In this document: positions 50,511 through 61,179 of the stretch, one piece after another
Numbering within the stretch: the stretch's first letter is position 1
Layout of the letters: each line of letters opens with the position of its first letter
Assembly (NCBI RefSeq): GCF_020745735.1
Contig: NC_083435.1
Coordinates: 35,985,090 to 36,049,089, forward strand
Reading direction: 5' to 3'
DNA from: Hemiscyllium ocellatum
Taxonomy: Eukaryota
DNA length: 64,000 nucleotides
Notes under the pieces: model-generated
Seen by the model: the letters and a program-made list of their open reading frames with translations, nothing else
Told to the model about the DNA's origin: nothing
Database searches by the model: none
Program-made: the position numbers and the translations under genes

Positions 50511-51489
50511 ATGAATCGATGTTTCTAAAAACAGCCGTCTCATGTTCATATGAACTTGTACCAGAAGCTGAAAGAAAACAATTTCAAAATCTAACGGAAG
50601 AACTTGGTCAAAGTTTGAAAAGATCAAACAAAGTAACATTGCAAAGTGGATAAGGCCATGGAAATAAATCAGACCCATATCACACTCTTGGAGAGACGAC
50701 TTTGTTGGAGTTCAAGAATTCCCTTTGTGAAGTATTGGTAACTCATGATGAAGAGCAGAGAGTTAAAACTGCGAAGAATTTCCTTGTGTTATAAAGTGGA
50801 GGTTGAGACCCCCGCCCTGTGAACTAAACCGAAATGCCCAAAGAGGAGCCCCTCACCTCATAATCTGTAAAAGTGGGTGTGCTGAGTGGTGTAACCTGCT
50901 TCTCAGCAACTTCAATTGGTTCAATAAAATAAATCCCTGACACTCACTTTAAAATCAACTCGTCACCATCTATTTATCGAACTCTAACAGGGAACAAACT
51001 AACGAAACTGATCAAGCAGAATTAATCCCGATTAACTTCTAACTATTCCCAATTACAGCAAGATTCAAATTGCATGTTTTTCCAATAAAGACCAGTCCAA
51101 CTTATAGATAAAAAAATTTAGTCCCTCAAAATTCCGGCCATGTTACGTGTCTTCTGGAATGTTCTGTGCCTGCTCTGACAATTCTTCAGTCAGGAATATT
51201 AACTAGCTGCACCATTTTTATTTTGATGGTGGTTTTCTAAGACACAGATGAGGCTGTGAGAGCCAGTGATTCTCTCTTGAGAGCTGAGGGCTGTTGGCTG
51301 TGCTGGAGGGCAGTTAGCTCTGAGGTCTTTATTCAACTGCCCCCTTCCTTTATCCCCTTAATTACATATCAATATTTCACACAATAGGATTGGTTCTCTG
51401 TTGTTAAAATCATCAGCCTTAAACCTTATAGATTTTTGGTATCTAAGTTGCTGCTCAAATTAATTGGCTAAATTCAAAAGCCTGTTGTA

Positions 51490-54400
51490 TTGAAAAAAAA
51501 ACTGGTGTTTAGCCTGCTATCTGCATGGCCTTTCAATGTAATGTGTCAGTTTGGGTGTTGTCTGTGTATGTGCAAACTTTCAAGCCGCTGCTCATGGACA
51601 TACATTTTAAATCTCTAAGCATAGATAAAGCACACGATCTTTTAAAGGGACCATGCAATGCATTCACCCATCCACCCCTAGCATTTTACAAACTCCAAAT
51701 TCTAACTTCCTGCCTTCCAATCCACAAGTATTCTCCTCAACTTTGCAACATTTGTGTGAGGAAAGTTTCCTCATGTTTACCAAGAGGAGTGGGGGAAAAA
51801 AATAAGATTTTCAGAGATACGAAAGCACATCAATCTTTGTTAGGGAGAGATAAGGAGGTGGGTAATTAGAAAGAGTATTGCTAGAATAGATGGAGTTCAT
51901 GGTGTGAAACATAGTGTTCTTACTTGTAAGGCTAAGTTAGAGGGTCTGATGGAAAGTGCTGGGAGGAGTAACAGAAATTCTCGGTTCCAGAACAGTTTAT
52001 CCTGGGATCTTTCCTGAATGTGTGATAACAAGGTCACAAAACCACAGGTACAACAGAAGGAGAGATCAAAGAGAAAAAATAAGGAAGTTAAAATTCAATT
52101 ATCGGAAACTATATTTGTTCAAGTTGTTTTGAAAAAGCAAGTACAGTTGAAGAACAAAGTGGGCATTTTCTACTTCAGAGAAGTTCACTAAGTTACAATT
52201 GAAAGGTGGAAAGAGAAAGCAGTGGAACCAAAAAGGCAAATCTGCACATATCCCACAAGTCACTATCTTAAAAACGAAGTGTTGATGAGGAAATGGAGAC
52301 CAAGTGGGTGAAAAATGGGCAGGAGCTCATCAGGCTGTATTACTGGTGTGTGATATAAAGGAGGGGTTGTGGGTAGCACCATGAGAGTTACCAGCAGGAG
52401 GTCATTTGGGAATAAGGAAAACTCAAGCAAAAATAGAAGTCTATTTTTCTTGACCTGGACTGCAGAAAGATGTCATTGCATTTTGCCAGACATGTCAGAC
52501 ATGTCAGAGAATTGGAAAACTCATTTATTAATAAAACCAACACCTTTCATACCTATTCCAGCATTTGATGAATCTTTTACAAAAGTTTTAATTATTGCAT
52601 CAGATCCAGCCCTAAAACAAAAAGTGGGGATCAGTATTTGTTGACCATAATGGATGTGTCTCTGAGATTTCCAGAGGCCATTCCAGAATGAGATAGCATG
52701 GCTGATAGGAGTGTAGAAGAATTACTCAATATTTTTTCCATTGTTACAGACAACCCGTAGAAATGCAATTGGAACAAGGATCAAATTTTCCATTAAAGTT
52801 ATTCAAGGAAATTAGAAAGAGCTCAGACATCTAAATAATTTAAATCAATTGTGTACCATCCAAAAATGGGGGAGCATTAGAACAGTGACATCAAACTTTA
52901 AATTGAATTGAATTTATTGTCATGTGTACTGAGGCAGAGTGAAAAGCTTTGCCTTGTGAGCAATACAGGCAGATCACAGAGTTAAGTAGCATAGATAAGT
53001 AAATAATAGGCATTTACGCGGCAAAAACAGAAAAAAACAGGGACAGACGAATGTTAAGAGTTTGTAAGTCCACTCAGTATTCTAACAACAATAGAGTAGA
53101 AACGGTTTTGTAACCAGCTGGTCCCTGTGTGCAGGCTTCAGTACCTTCCTCCCGATGGTAGAGGGTTGTAGAGGAGGTTGTAGAAAAACATTGCCAGGGT
53201 GGGATGGATCTTTGAGAATGCTGGCGGCCTTTCCTTGACAGTGGGCCTGGTAGATGGATTCTATAGATGGGAGATTGGCCTTTGTGATTGTCTGGGCCGA
53301 GTTCACCACTCTCTGTAACCATCTCCAATCTTGAATGGTACAGTTGCCATTCCAGGTAGTGATACATCCAGACAGAATGCTCTTGATTAGTACACTTATA
53401 AAAGATGGACATCATGCTGAATTTCCTCAGCTGTCTGAGGAAGAAGAGACATTGTTGGGCCTTTGTAACCAGTGTGTCCACATGAAGAGTTCAAGAAAAT
53501 TTGTTGTTGATGGTCACTCCCAGGAGCTTGACACTCTCCACTCGTTCCACCTCTGTGCTGTTAATGTGTGTGCATGTGGTGCTGGGGCGGGGCAATTGCC
53601 AGCATTGAGATCTCGGTTGTTCTCAGTGCACCATTTTCCAGGTCTTCCCTTTCCCATCTGTAGTCGGTTTCATTGCCATCTGAGATTCGGCCGACTATGG
53701 TGGTATCATCAGCGGACTTGTAAATGGAATTAGCCTGGTATTTGATGATGCAGTCATGGGTATACAGCGAGTACAGTAGGGGACTGAGTACAGACTCCAG
53801 TGTTGAGTGTTAGTGAAGATGAAATATTGTTCCCAATCTTCACTGATTGTGGCCTGTGGGTCAGGAAAGTGAGGATCCAGTTGCAGAGAGTGAGGCTCAG
53901 TCTGAGATCACTAAGTTTAGTCATCAGTCTCGAGGGGATGATAGTGTTGAAGCCTGAACTGGATTCACACAAAGGAAAACTGATCTGACCTCTGATGCAA
54001 TGACTGTTGGGAGAGGGTCATCAAGACTTGTTGGAATAGGTGTTTCCTCTCCACCGAAATTCTCCCCAAAGCGAATACAGAAGGTGTTGAGACAATCTGG
54101 GAGGGATGTGTCACCATCTGCTATCTTGCACTGTGATGTCATTCAGTCCTTGCCATAGTTGTCGGGTGTCTGTCTGGGTCTCTAGTTTGGATCAGTATTG
54201 GTCCTTGGCTGTCTTAATGGCTCTGTGGAGGTCATAATTGGATTCCTTATATTTGAGTGGGTCTCCTGATGTGAAGGCCTCACACCTGGTTTTTAGCAGG
54301 TTCTGTATATCCTGATTCATCCAGGGTTTCCTGTTGGGGAACACTGAGATTTAAAAACTATGTTGGGGGGCAGTCAGTCAAGACCATCCAGGGGATTGTG

Positions 54401-55230
54401 TTAAGAACCCGACCAAACCCCCTCAACATATTCAGAAGATCGTCTGGATACTAACTTTTTCTTATTGTAAAACTCAGCATGAGATGCTGCATTCCAGATG
54501 CAGTTTTATTGGTCCACCTACCAGAACACACATTATTCATCCACTGTAATTAAAATACAACAAAATATCAACTGTACTGGAAAATATAATAGGATGATTA
54601 AAGCAATAACTATTACTAATTAACTGTTCCAATGGAGTGATATCTCATAAATGCACCCATGGCAAAATGTAAATTTAGAGAACAGACTGTCTCACATCCA
54701 ACTCCAGTAACAGGAAGTGAACCCCCAGCTTTTGGCTGTAACTGAGAGAGGGATAAAGAGGTTCCACATCTTCACACCGCAACAGCAACTATTGAAATGT
54801 ATATAACAAATCCTGGGTCTGTGGGAGCCTGACCCCACAGGGTCATTCAGGCTGCGTCTATTATTCCAACTTATAAAACCCCCAAGGCCTCACAAGCTGT
54901 TTACTCTCACGGCTCAGCTGGACTGCTCAGTACCTCTGCCTTCAAATCTTTCTTCAATAAAAACCAGGGTAAAATCCATCAGTTAATGCCACAGTGTCAT
55001 CACAACTGGGAGAACAGAATTCTATTTGTACATTTTTTTGCAATTTGGAATGTACCTAATAAATCAGCTAAATTCAGTCCTTTTGAATTAATATTCGGAC
55101 ATGAGGTGGGAGGACCATGTAAATTAATTCAGGAAATATTGAAGAGTCAAGAGTTCAAAGACGAAATATTTGGACAACGTGATAAATATTCGGGAGAAAT
55201 TAAATAGAGTGGGCGAGTTGGCTGGACAGT
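51490..55230 (+). mobile_element. Gmr1-like Gypsy remnant (gag-like region then integrase), split by later insertions
   Basis: PIPAFDE, QYLLTIMD..RFPEAIP, QGSNF, YHP near 52540-52870; FSPFELIFGHEV.GP near 55075. Confidence 0.65.
52890..54370 (-). mobile_element. Rex1/Babar-type non-LTR retrotransposon fragment
   Basis: [36 protein letters not shown]; KAQQ.LFFLRQLRKF. Confidence 0.8.
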
Positions 55231-55489
55231 GTGTAAAGCACACTCGCTTTCGGAGCGCCGCTCCCTCATCAGGTACTAGATGATCTTGTCATTTTCAGCC
55301 ACATGTGGAAGGATCATTTGGAGTATCTCTCAGAATTATTCAATCAACTTCAGAAGGCGTGCTTGGTGTTAAACCTGGTGAACAGTGAGATCACAAAAAT
55401 CCAAGTCATGTTCTTCAGGCCGATCATTGGACAGATGGCCCCATAAACTGTGAAAGGAAAGGGAAATGGGGAGCTTTCCATACAATCGA

Positions 55490-56300
55490 CAAAAAGAGGG
55501 CTGAGGAGTAGCAGATGGAGTTTAATTCAGATAAATGCGAGGTGCTGCATTTTGGGAAAGCAAATCTTAGCAGGACTTATACACTGAGTGGTAAGGTCCT
55601 AGGGAGTGTTGCTGAACAAAGAGACCTTGGAGTGCAGGTTCATAGCTTCTTGAAAGTAGAGTTGCAGGTAGATAGGAAAGTAAAGAAGGCGTTTGGTATG
55701 CTTTCCTTTATTGGTCAGAGTCCAGGAGTTGGGAGGTCATGTTGTGGCTGTACAGGACAGTGGTTAGGCCAGTTTAGCAACATTGCATGCAATTCTGGTC
55801 ACCTTCCTTTCAGAGAGATGTTGTGAAACTTGAAATATTTATAAGCATGTTGCCAGGGTTGGTGGATTTGAGCTATAGGGAGAGACTGAGTAGGCTGGGG
55901 TGATTATCCTGGAGCGTCAGAGGCTGAGGGGTGTCCTGAGAGGTTGATAAAATCATGAGAGGCATGGATAGGATAAAACAAAATATTTTCCCTGGAGTAG
56001 AGGAGTCCAGAACTAGAGGGCATAGGTTGTGGATGAGAGGGGAAAGACATAAAAGAGACCTCAAGGGCAACATTTTCATGTGGAGTGTGTTACGTGCATG
56101 GAATGAGCTGGCAGAGGAAGTGGTGGAGGCTGGTACAATTGCATTTAAAAGGCATCTGGAAGGTTAAATGAATCGGAAGGATTTGGAGGAATATGGGCTG
56201 GGTGCTGACAAGTGGGACTGGATGATGTTGAGATAACTGGTCGGCATGGATGTGTTGGACCTAACTGTCTGTTTCTGTGCTGTCCATCTCTATGACTCTA
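55490..56300 (+). mobile_element. CR1 3' end
   Basis: MEFNSDKCEVLHFG, WNEL.EEVVEAGT, ctatgactct tail. Confidence 0.88.
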
Positions 56301-56319
56301 TAACTGTTTTTTTTGAAAG

Positions 56320-56380
56320 GATTGAGATAGATTTTTCTTGGGAATGTGCATCCACAAATTGAACAGTGGATCCCAGATCC
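56320..56380 (+). pseudogene. Fragment homologous to the start of the copy B terminal exon, interrupted by a SINE
   Basis: tttttttgaaag|GATTGAGAT...CCACA..TTGAACAGTGGATCCCAGATCC matches 28645-28585 on the minus strand. Confidence 0.65.
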
Positions 56381-56394
56381 ACCAGGCCAGAATA

Positions 56395-56710
56395 GGCGGC
56401 ACAGTGGCACAGTGGTTAGCACTGTTGCCTCACAGCACCAGAGACCCGGGTTCAATTCCTGTCTCAGGCGACTCTCTGTGTGGAGTTTGCATATTCTCCC
56501 TGTGTCTGCGTGGGTTTCCTCCGGTTGCTCCGGTTTCCTACCACAATCCAAAAATGTGCAGGTTAGGTGAATTGGCCAGGCTAAATTGCCCGTGGTGTTA
56601 GGTGAAGGGGTAATGTAGGAGTATGGGTCTGGATGGTATACGCTTCGGCGGGTCAGTGTGGACTTGTTGGGCCGAAGGGTCTGTTTCCACACTGTAAGTA
56701 ATCTAATCTG
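56395..56710 (+). mobile_element. V-SINE (HE1-like)
   Basis: A and B boxes, V-domain, (AATCT)n tail. Confidence 0.92.
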
Positions 56711-59461
56711 TCTCATCTTCAACTACTTGTTCCCAATGACAGACATCTGTGTTGCTTTGTGACAGAGTCACTTGTACACAGACATTATAATTTTACTGTT
56801 CACTCTGAAATTACCCAGAAAAGACCATCTTCAGAATTGGATCCTCAGACACTGGAACCACATGAGCTGAACATTGTCACCGTGATTCATGGTCAGAGCA
56901 TCGATAGCTGGTAGCTCAGCTTTTAGATGGACTTTAGTGTCAGGATCTTGTTTAACCACCTGGTCTCCATTGGCAGTGTCAGGTAGCTCAGGGGAAAGTA
57001 ATTCCAGATCATAATGTGGTCTGAATACATGATCACATTTCACAGACAGAGAGCAGGATCCTGTCAGTAGATGGATTGCACAGAATGAGAGAAAAAAGGT
57101 AGATAACGAAAGGGAGATGGACAGATATAGATCAGCGTTAGGTATGTCAGTGTGCACTCATACACAGTTCACTCAGGAGTGTATAGAGATTTACACACAC
57201 GGGGATAGATACAAAGTCAGAGACATCTGTGTGTACCCACACACAACACACTGATGGACAGACAGAGACATACACACAACCAGATATAGATACAGTGTTA
57301 GATAAAGATATCCAGTGATGGTTCATTATCTGGATGGCGTTGGTCCTTCATTGTGCAATGATTGAGATGTTAGGAAGGTAAAATTCCAGTCTACCACAGA
57401 GTGGTCCCCAGACCTCATTAACTTCGAGCTCTTCAAGAACACTGACACGGCTGTTTGAAGGGATTGACACCATGAACCATTGACCTTTCAGACACATAGG
57501 GTAAGATGGATCCTCCCCACAGCTCCTCCAGTTCCATCTGAGAGATTAAATATGACCATCCTCTTTCCTGGTTGGAATCTCCAGGACCTGGTTGGTCAAG
57601 TGGTTAGTTGAGGAAAACCACATGAGAAGCTAATGATCACAGACTCTTGTTTTAAACAGGCCTGAGTTTACTTCATGGTAACAGCTCGGTCCAGGATACA
57701 CTGGTGTGGGGGAGTGAGGGGGACATTGTTTTAAAGATGATGAGGGAGATATCCATGTAGGGTCTCACCCCTTCAACATCCACATCTGATCCCTTCACCC
57801 AAGTCCATGTGACACCATCATATTGGGCAGTGCTTAATGTTCTCCTCAGCATTAACCCATTCAGCGCCTAACCCCACCCACCAATAATATGTGAGAAGCA
57901 GAATGGGGCATTTCATCTCAGGGGATTTCAAGTCCCATAGATGCCGAATGAGGCAAGGTCTTTGTCTGCAGCCCTCCCACCACAGTACAGGAAGAGATTG
58001 ATGGCCTTATAAAACCCCTTGAGTGAGCTGTCTGATTAACGTGATGTGTATATTGTAAAATATAACCGACAATTATAAATGTAGTGAGGCAGCTCAGAGA
58101 GCCGCAGACTGCACTGAAAGGATGCATCATGTAAATTGGATCCAATACGGAATTTTTCACAATTTTTAGAAAGCTAATATACAATTGGGAAAATAATCTT
58201 TTCCTGTATATATCATTGAACTGACTATAAACCCTGTTAATTGTAGTTGTTCATCAATAAATAATTGTCCGTTGTTGACTGAGTTCATTTTTCATGATTC
58301 CCCAAGAAAGGTTGAATTCATTCACTCAGCAGCTTGTGGGTCCTCGTATCAGCAGTTGTTGAGGGTCAGTTCAATGTGACCTGGGAGAGTTAAGGCCATT
58401 CGTGGGTCACAGGTCAGTATCAGTCACTGCTAACCCTGGGCTGGCTGGAATCCCATGGACCCTGGTGTTCTTCCTGGTACTGAGTCTAATTCAGGGCACA
58501 GTCACAGGGGAGACACTCAGACCCTGGGGGAGGGAGGGGAGTGCAGAGAGAGAAACGAAGAGTGTGGTGTGGGGGCTTCATGGAGTGGATTAATGACAGA
58601 GAGTGGTGTGGGACGTTTAGTTCCAGAGGATCCAGTATGGGAGTTGATGGTGAGAGGCTGGTACAGAGAATCCAGCATGGAGATTCAGCTGGTTCCCTGC
58701 AGTCATGGGAGAACCCATCTCCCCAGTGAACCTCATGGAGCATTCCATGTGCTGGAGGCAGACCCACAATGTCATTAGGGAGGGAGGGAATTCCAAGATT
58801 TGGAGCCAGTGACAGTGAAGGAATGGATGGTCAGGATGGTGAGTGGCTTTGAGGGAACTTGCAGATGATGGTGTTCCTCGGTGAAGCTACAGAACAGGCC
58901 GAGGTGTGCAGTAAACAACAGGAGCAGCAGAGACAGAGCTCAGTGATTCCACAACCAACAGATCAGATCTGCTGTCCTACCACATCCAGTCATGGTCATT
59001 CAACAACTCAATGTAGGAGGAGGAGGTTCCACTTGGGTTGCTGGATTCCTGCTCCAGGGACAATCCCGATGTATCGTCACCTCCCCCAGTTGGAAGGAGT
59101 GAGCCATATGTTTACTGTGAGAGGGGGATCCCAGGGTCCTAGTGCTGTCCTGATGTTCCTGAGCTGGTGGGGGATGGGAGGCCTCTTCTCAGCCCCAGCC
59201 TTCCTGGCTCAGAGCCTGAACCTCAGCCTGGCTGTGCTGGAGCTTCCCCGTCACTGGGACCGGGTCATCACTTTGCACTTGTTCCAGTTTTCTGATTCTG
59301 CAGCTTCACATCAAACAATGGATCAAATTTCTCAACAAATAGGGGGCAGTCTCCAAAGATTGTTGTATTACTGGGTATTCCAGTTTGTAAACAGAAGCTG
59401 TTTCCCCTCAGCGTGTTTAATTCCCAGTCCCTGATTGGAATAGAGACAGTGTATTCCCAGA

Positions 59462-59513
59462 ATGTTGCTGATCCTTTCCTTTCCCGCCCTGTGTTTTCCC
59501 TGAGTCCCTCCCG
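59462..59513 (+). pseudogene. Inactivated class I leader exon of a third paralog
   Basis: 52 bp like copies A and B (ATGTTGCTGATCCTT...CCCG); in-frame TGA at 59501; donor mutated to ATGAGT. About 80 bp upstream and 35 bp downstream also resemble copy B. Confidence 0.85.
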
Positions 59514-59572
59514 ATGAGTTCAGAATTCAGCTTTCCATTCTCTCTCTGAGAACTGGGAGATTAAAGGCCATT

Positions 59573-59917
59573 CATGAATCGTAGAGTGTCGAAACAGGCC
59601 ATTCAGCCCATTGAGTCGACACCGACCCTCTCAAGAGTATCCCTCCCAGACCCTCCTCTCTATTCCATCCTGTAACCCTGCATGTTCCATAACTAATCCA
59701 CATGCACATCCCTGGACACTGTGGGCAATTGAGCATGACCAATCTACCCAAGGTGCACCTGTTCGACTGTGGCAGGAAACTGGAGCACCCGGAGGAACCC
59801 CATGCAGACTCAGGGAAACTCCACACAGACAGTCACCCAAGGCTGGAATCAAACTCAGGTCCCTGGGGCTGTGAGACAGCAGTGCTAACCACTGAGGCAT
59901 GGTGTCACCCTGGGTCA
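59573..59917 (-). mobile_element. Diverged V-SINE
   Basis: GTGGTTAGCACTGCTG head and V-domain. Confidence 0.8.
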
Positions 59918-61179
59918 TGGGTCACAGGTCAGTATCAGTCACTGCTAACCCTGGGCTGGCTGGGAATCCCATGGACCCTGGTGTTCTTCCTGGTACTGAG
60001 TCTAATTCAGGACACAGTCACAGGGGAGACACTCCGACCCTGGGGGAGGGGGGAGTGTGGAAGGGGGGAGTGCAGAGAGAGAAACACCCAGGCTCATCCC
60101 CAGGGTCAAGGTTCTTGGTCATGTGGCAAAGAGAATTGGGCTATTCTACCAGGAAAGGAAGCACCTGATGGGATTTATAAAGCATTAAGCAGTCTGGAAA
60201 AGGGAAATCTGAGATTGGTTGGGGAGGGAGGCATTGATGGTGACAGTCAGGTACAGAGAACCCAGTGCTGAGGGGGAGGGCGGGTGAGGGGAATTGATGG
60301 CAAGAGTCAGGTACAGAGAACCCAGTGTGCGGGGGATACAGCCCGTTCGCTGCACCCTGCTCCCACCAATAACCATCTTGTAGAACACATTTCCCCATTA
60401 AACCTCACGGCACACCCCCTCCCTCCCCTCCTGTGGGATGTGAACAGGTCGAGCAGATGAAGACTGTGTGTCCATGAGATCCTGTGGGTCATCAACACCA
60501 GCAGAACTGCCATCCAATACAAACTGTCACCTCATGACTCACCACAACCCCCAGTCTCTCATTACCACCAAGCCAGGGGACCAATCCCGGTTCAATGAGG
60601 AATGTGGGAGGGATCACAGGAGCAGGACCAGGCAGATGAAAAATGATGTCTCTTTTATTCACTGGAGAGACATGGGAATCACTGGCTGCTGGAATTTATT
60701 TCCCATCCCTAACTGTCCTTGAGAAGGTGGGGGTGAGGTACCTTCCTGAACAGCAGCAGTTCATGTGGTGGAGGGAGACCCACAATATCATTAGGGTGGG
60801 AATTCCAGGATTTTGACCCAGTGACAGTGAAGGAAGTGCAATATATTTCCAAGTCAGGATGGTGAGTGGCTTGGAGGGGAACTTGTAAGTGATGGTGTTG
60901 GTCAGTGAAGTGACAGATCAGGACTGATCGTGCAGTAAACAGCAGAGGGAGCAGAGTCAGAACTTAGTGATTCCACAACCGATCGATAAGATCGAAGCTC
61001 TGCTGTCCTGTCACATCCAGGTGTGATAATTGAACAACTCCCTGGAGGAGAAAGTGGTTTCTCATTCTGGAATGATACTTTGGTCACTGGATTCCTGCTC
61101 CAAAGACAATAACCATGTATCACCCCTCCCCCAGTTTTTGTATTGATTCAGGTTTTGTGGGATGTGGGTGTCTCTGACT

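Larger units (their letters stand above)
58382..61130 (+). repeat. Local tandem duplication (unit A about 58382-59100, unit B about 59552-61130)
   Basis: Near-identical about 155-bp blocks at 58403 and 59918; homologous blocks at 58890-59080 and 60905-61110. Confidence 0.85.

Noticed and set aside
50346-50678. Hydrophobic ORF MLLCLIFSNFDQVLP as an alternative leader
   Set aside because: No phase-1 donor, overlaps a SINE fragment, and the true leader at 50046-50097 is conserved in three copies.
56395-56460. tRNA-like A and B boxes as tRNA genes (also other SINE heads)
   Set aside because: They run directly into the V-SINE body and tail; no complete cloverleaf.
56831-57157. 108-aa minus-strand ORF
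   Set aside because: Low-complexity start, no recognisable motif, no paralog in the window.
58368-58382. ERE-like inverted repeat AGTTCA-atg-TGACCT
   Set aside because: One-mismatch matches of this length are expected by chance; no supporting context.
58886-61120. Ig/TCR V-like fragments (TAEL..VESLSSDSA..VYC) in the duplicated block
   Set aside because: Weak Ig-like patterns can be read on both strands, there is no RSS heptamer/nonamer, and many indels are needed. Not supportable without an HMM search.
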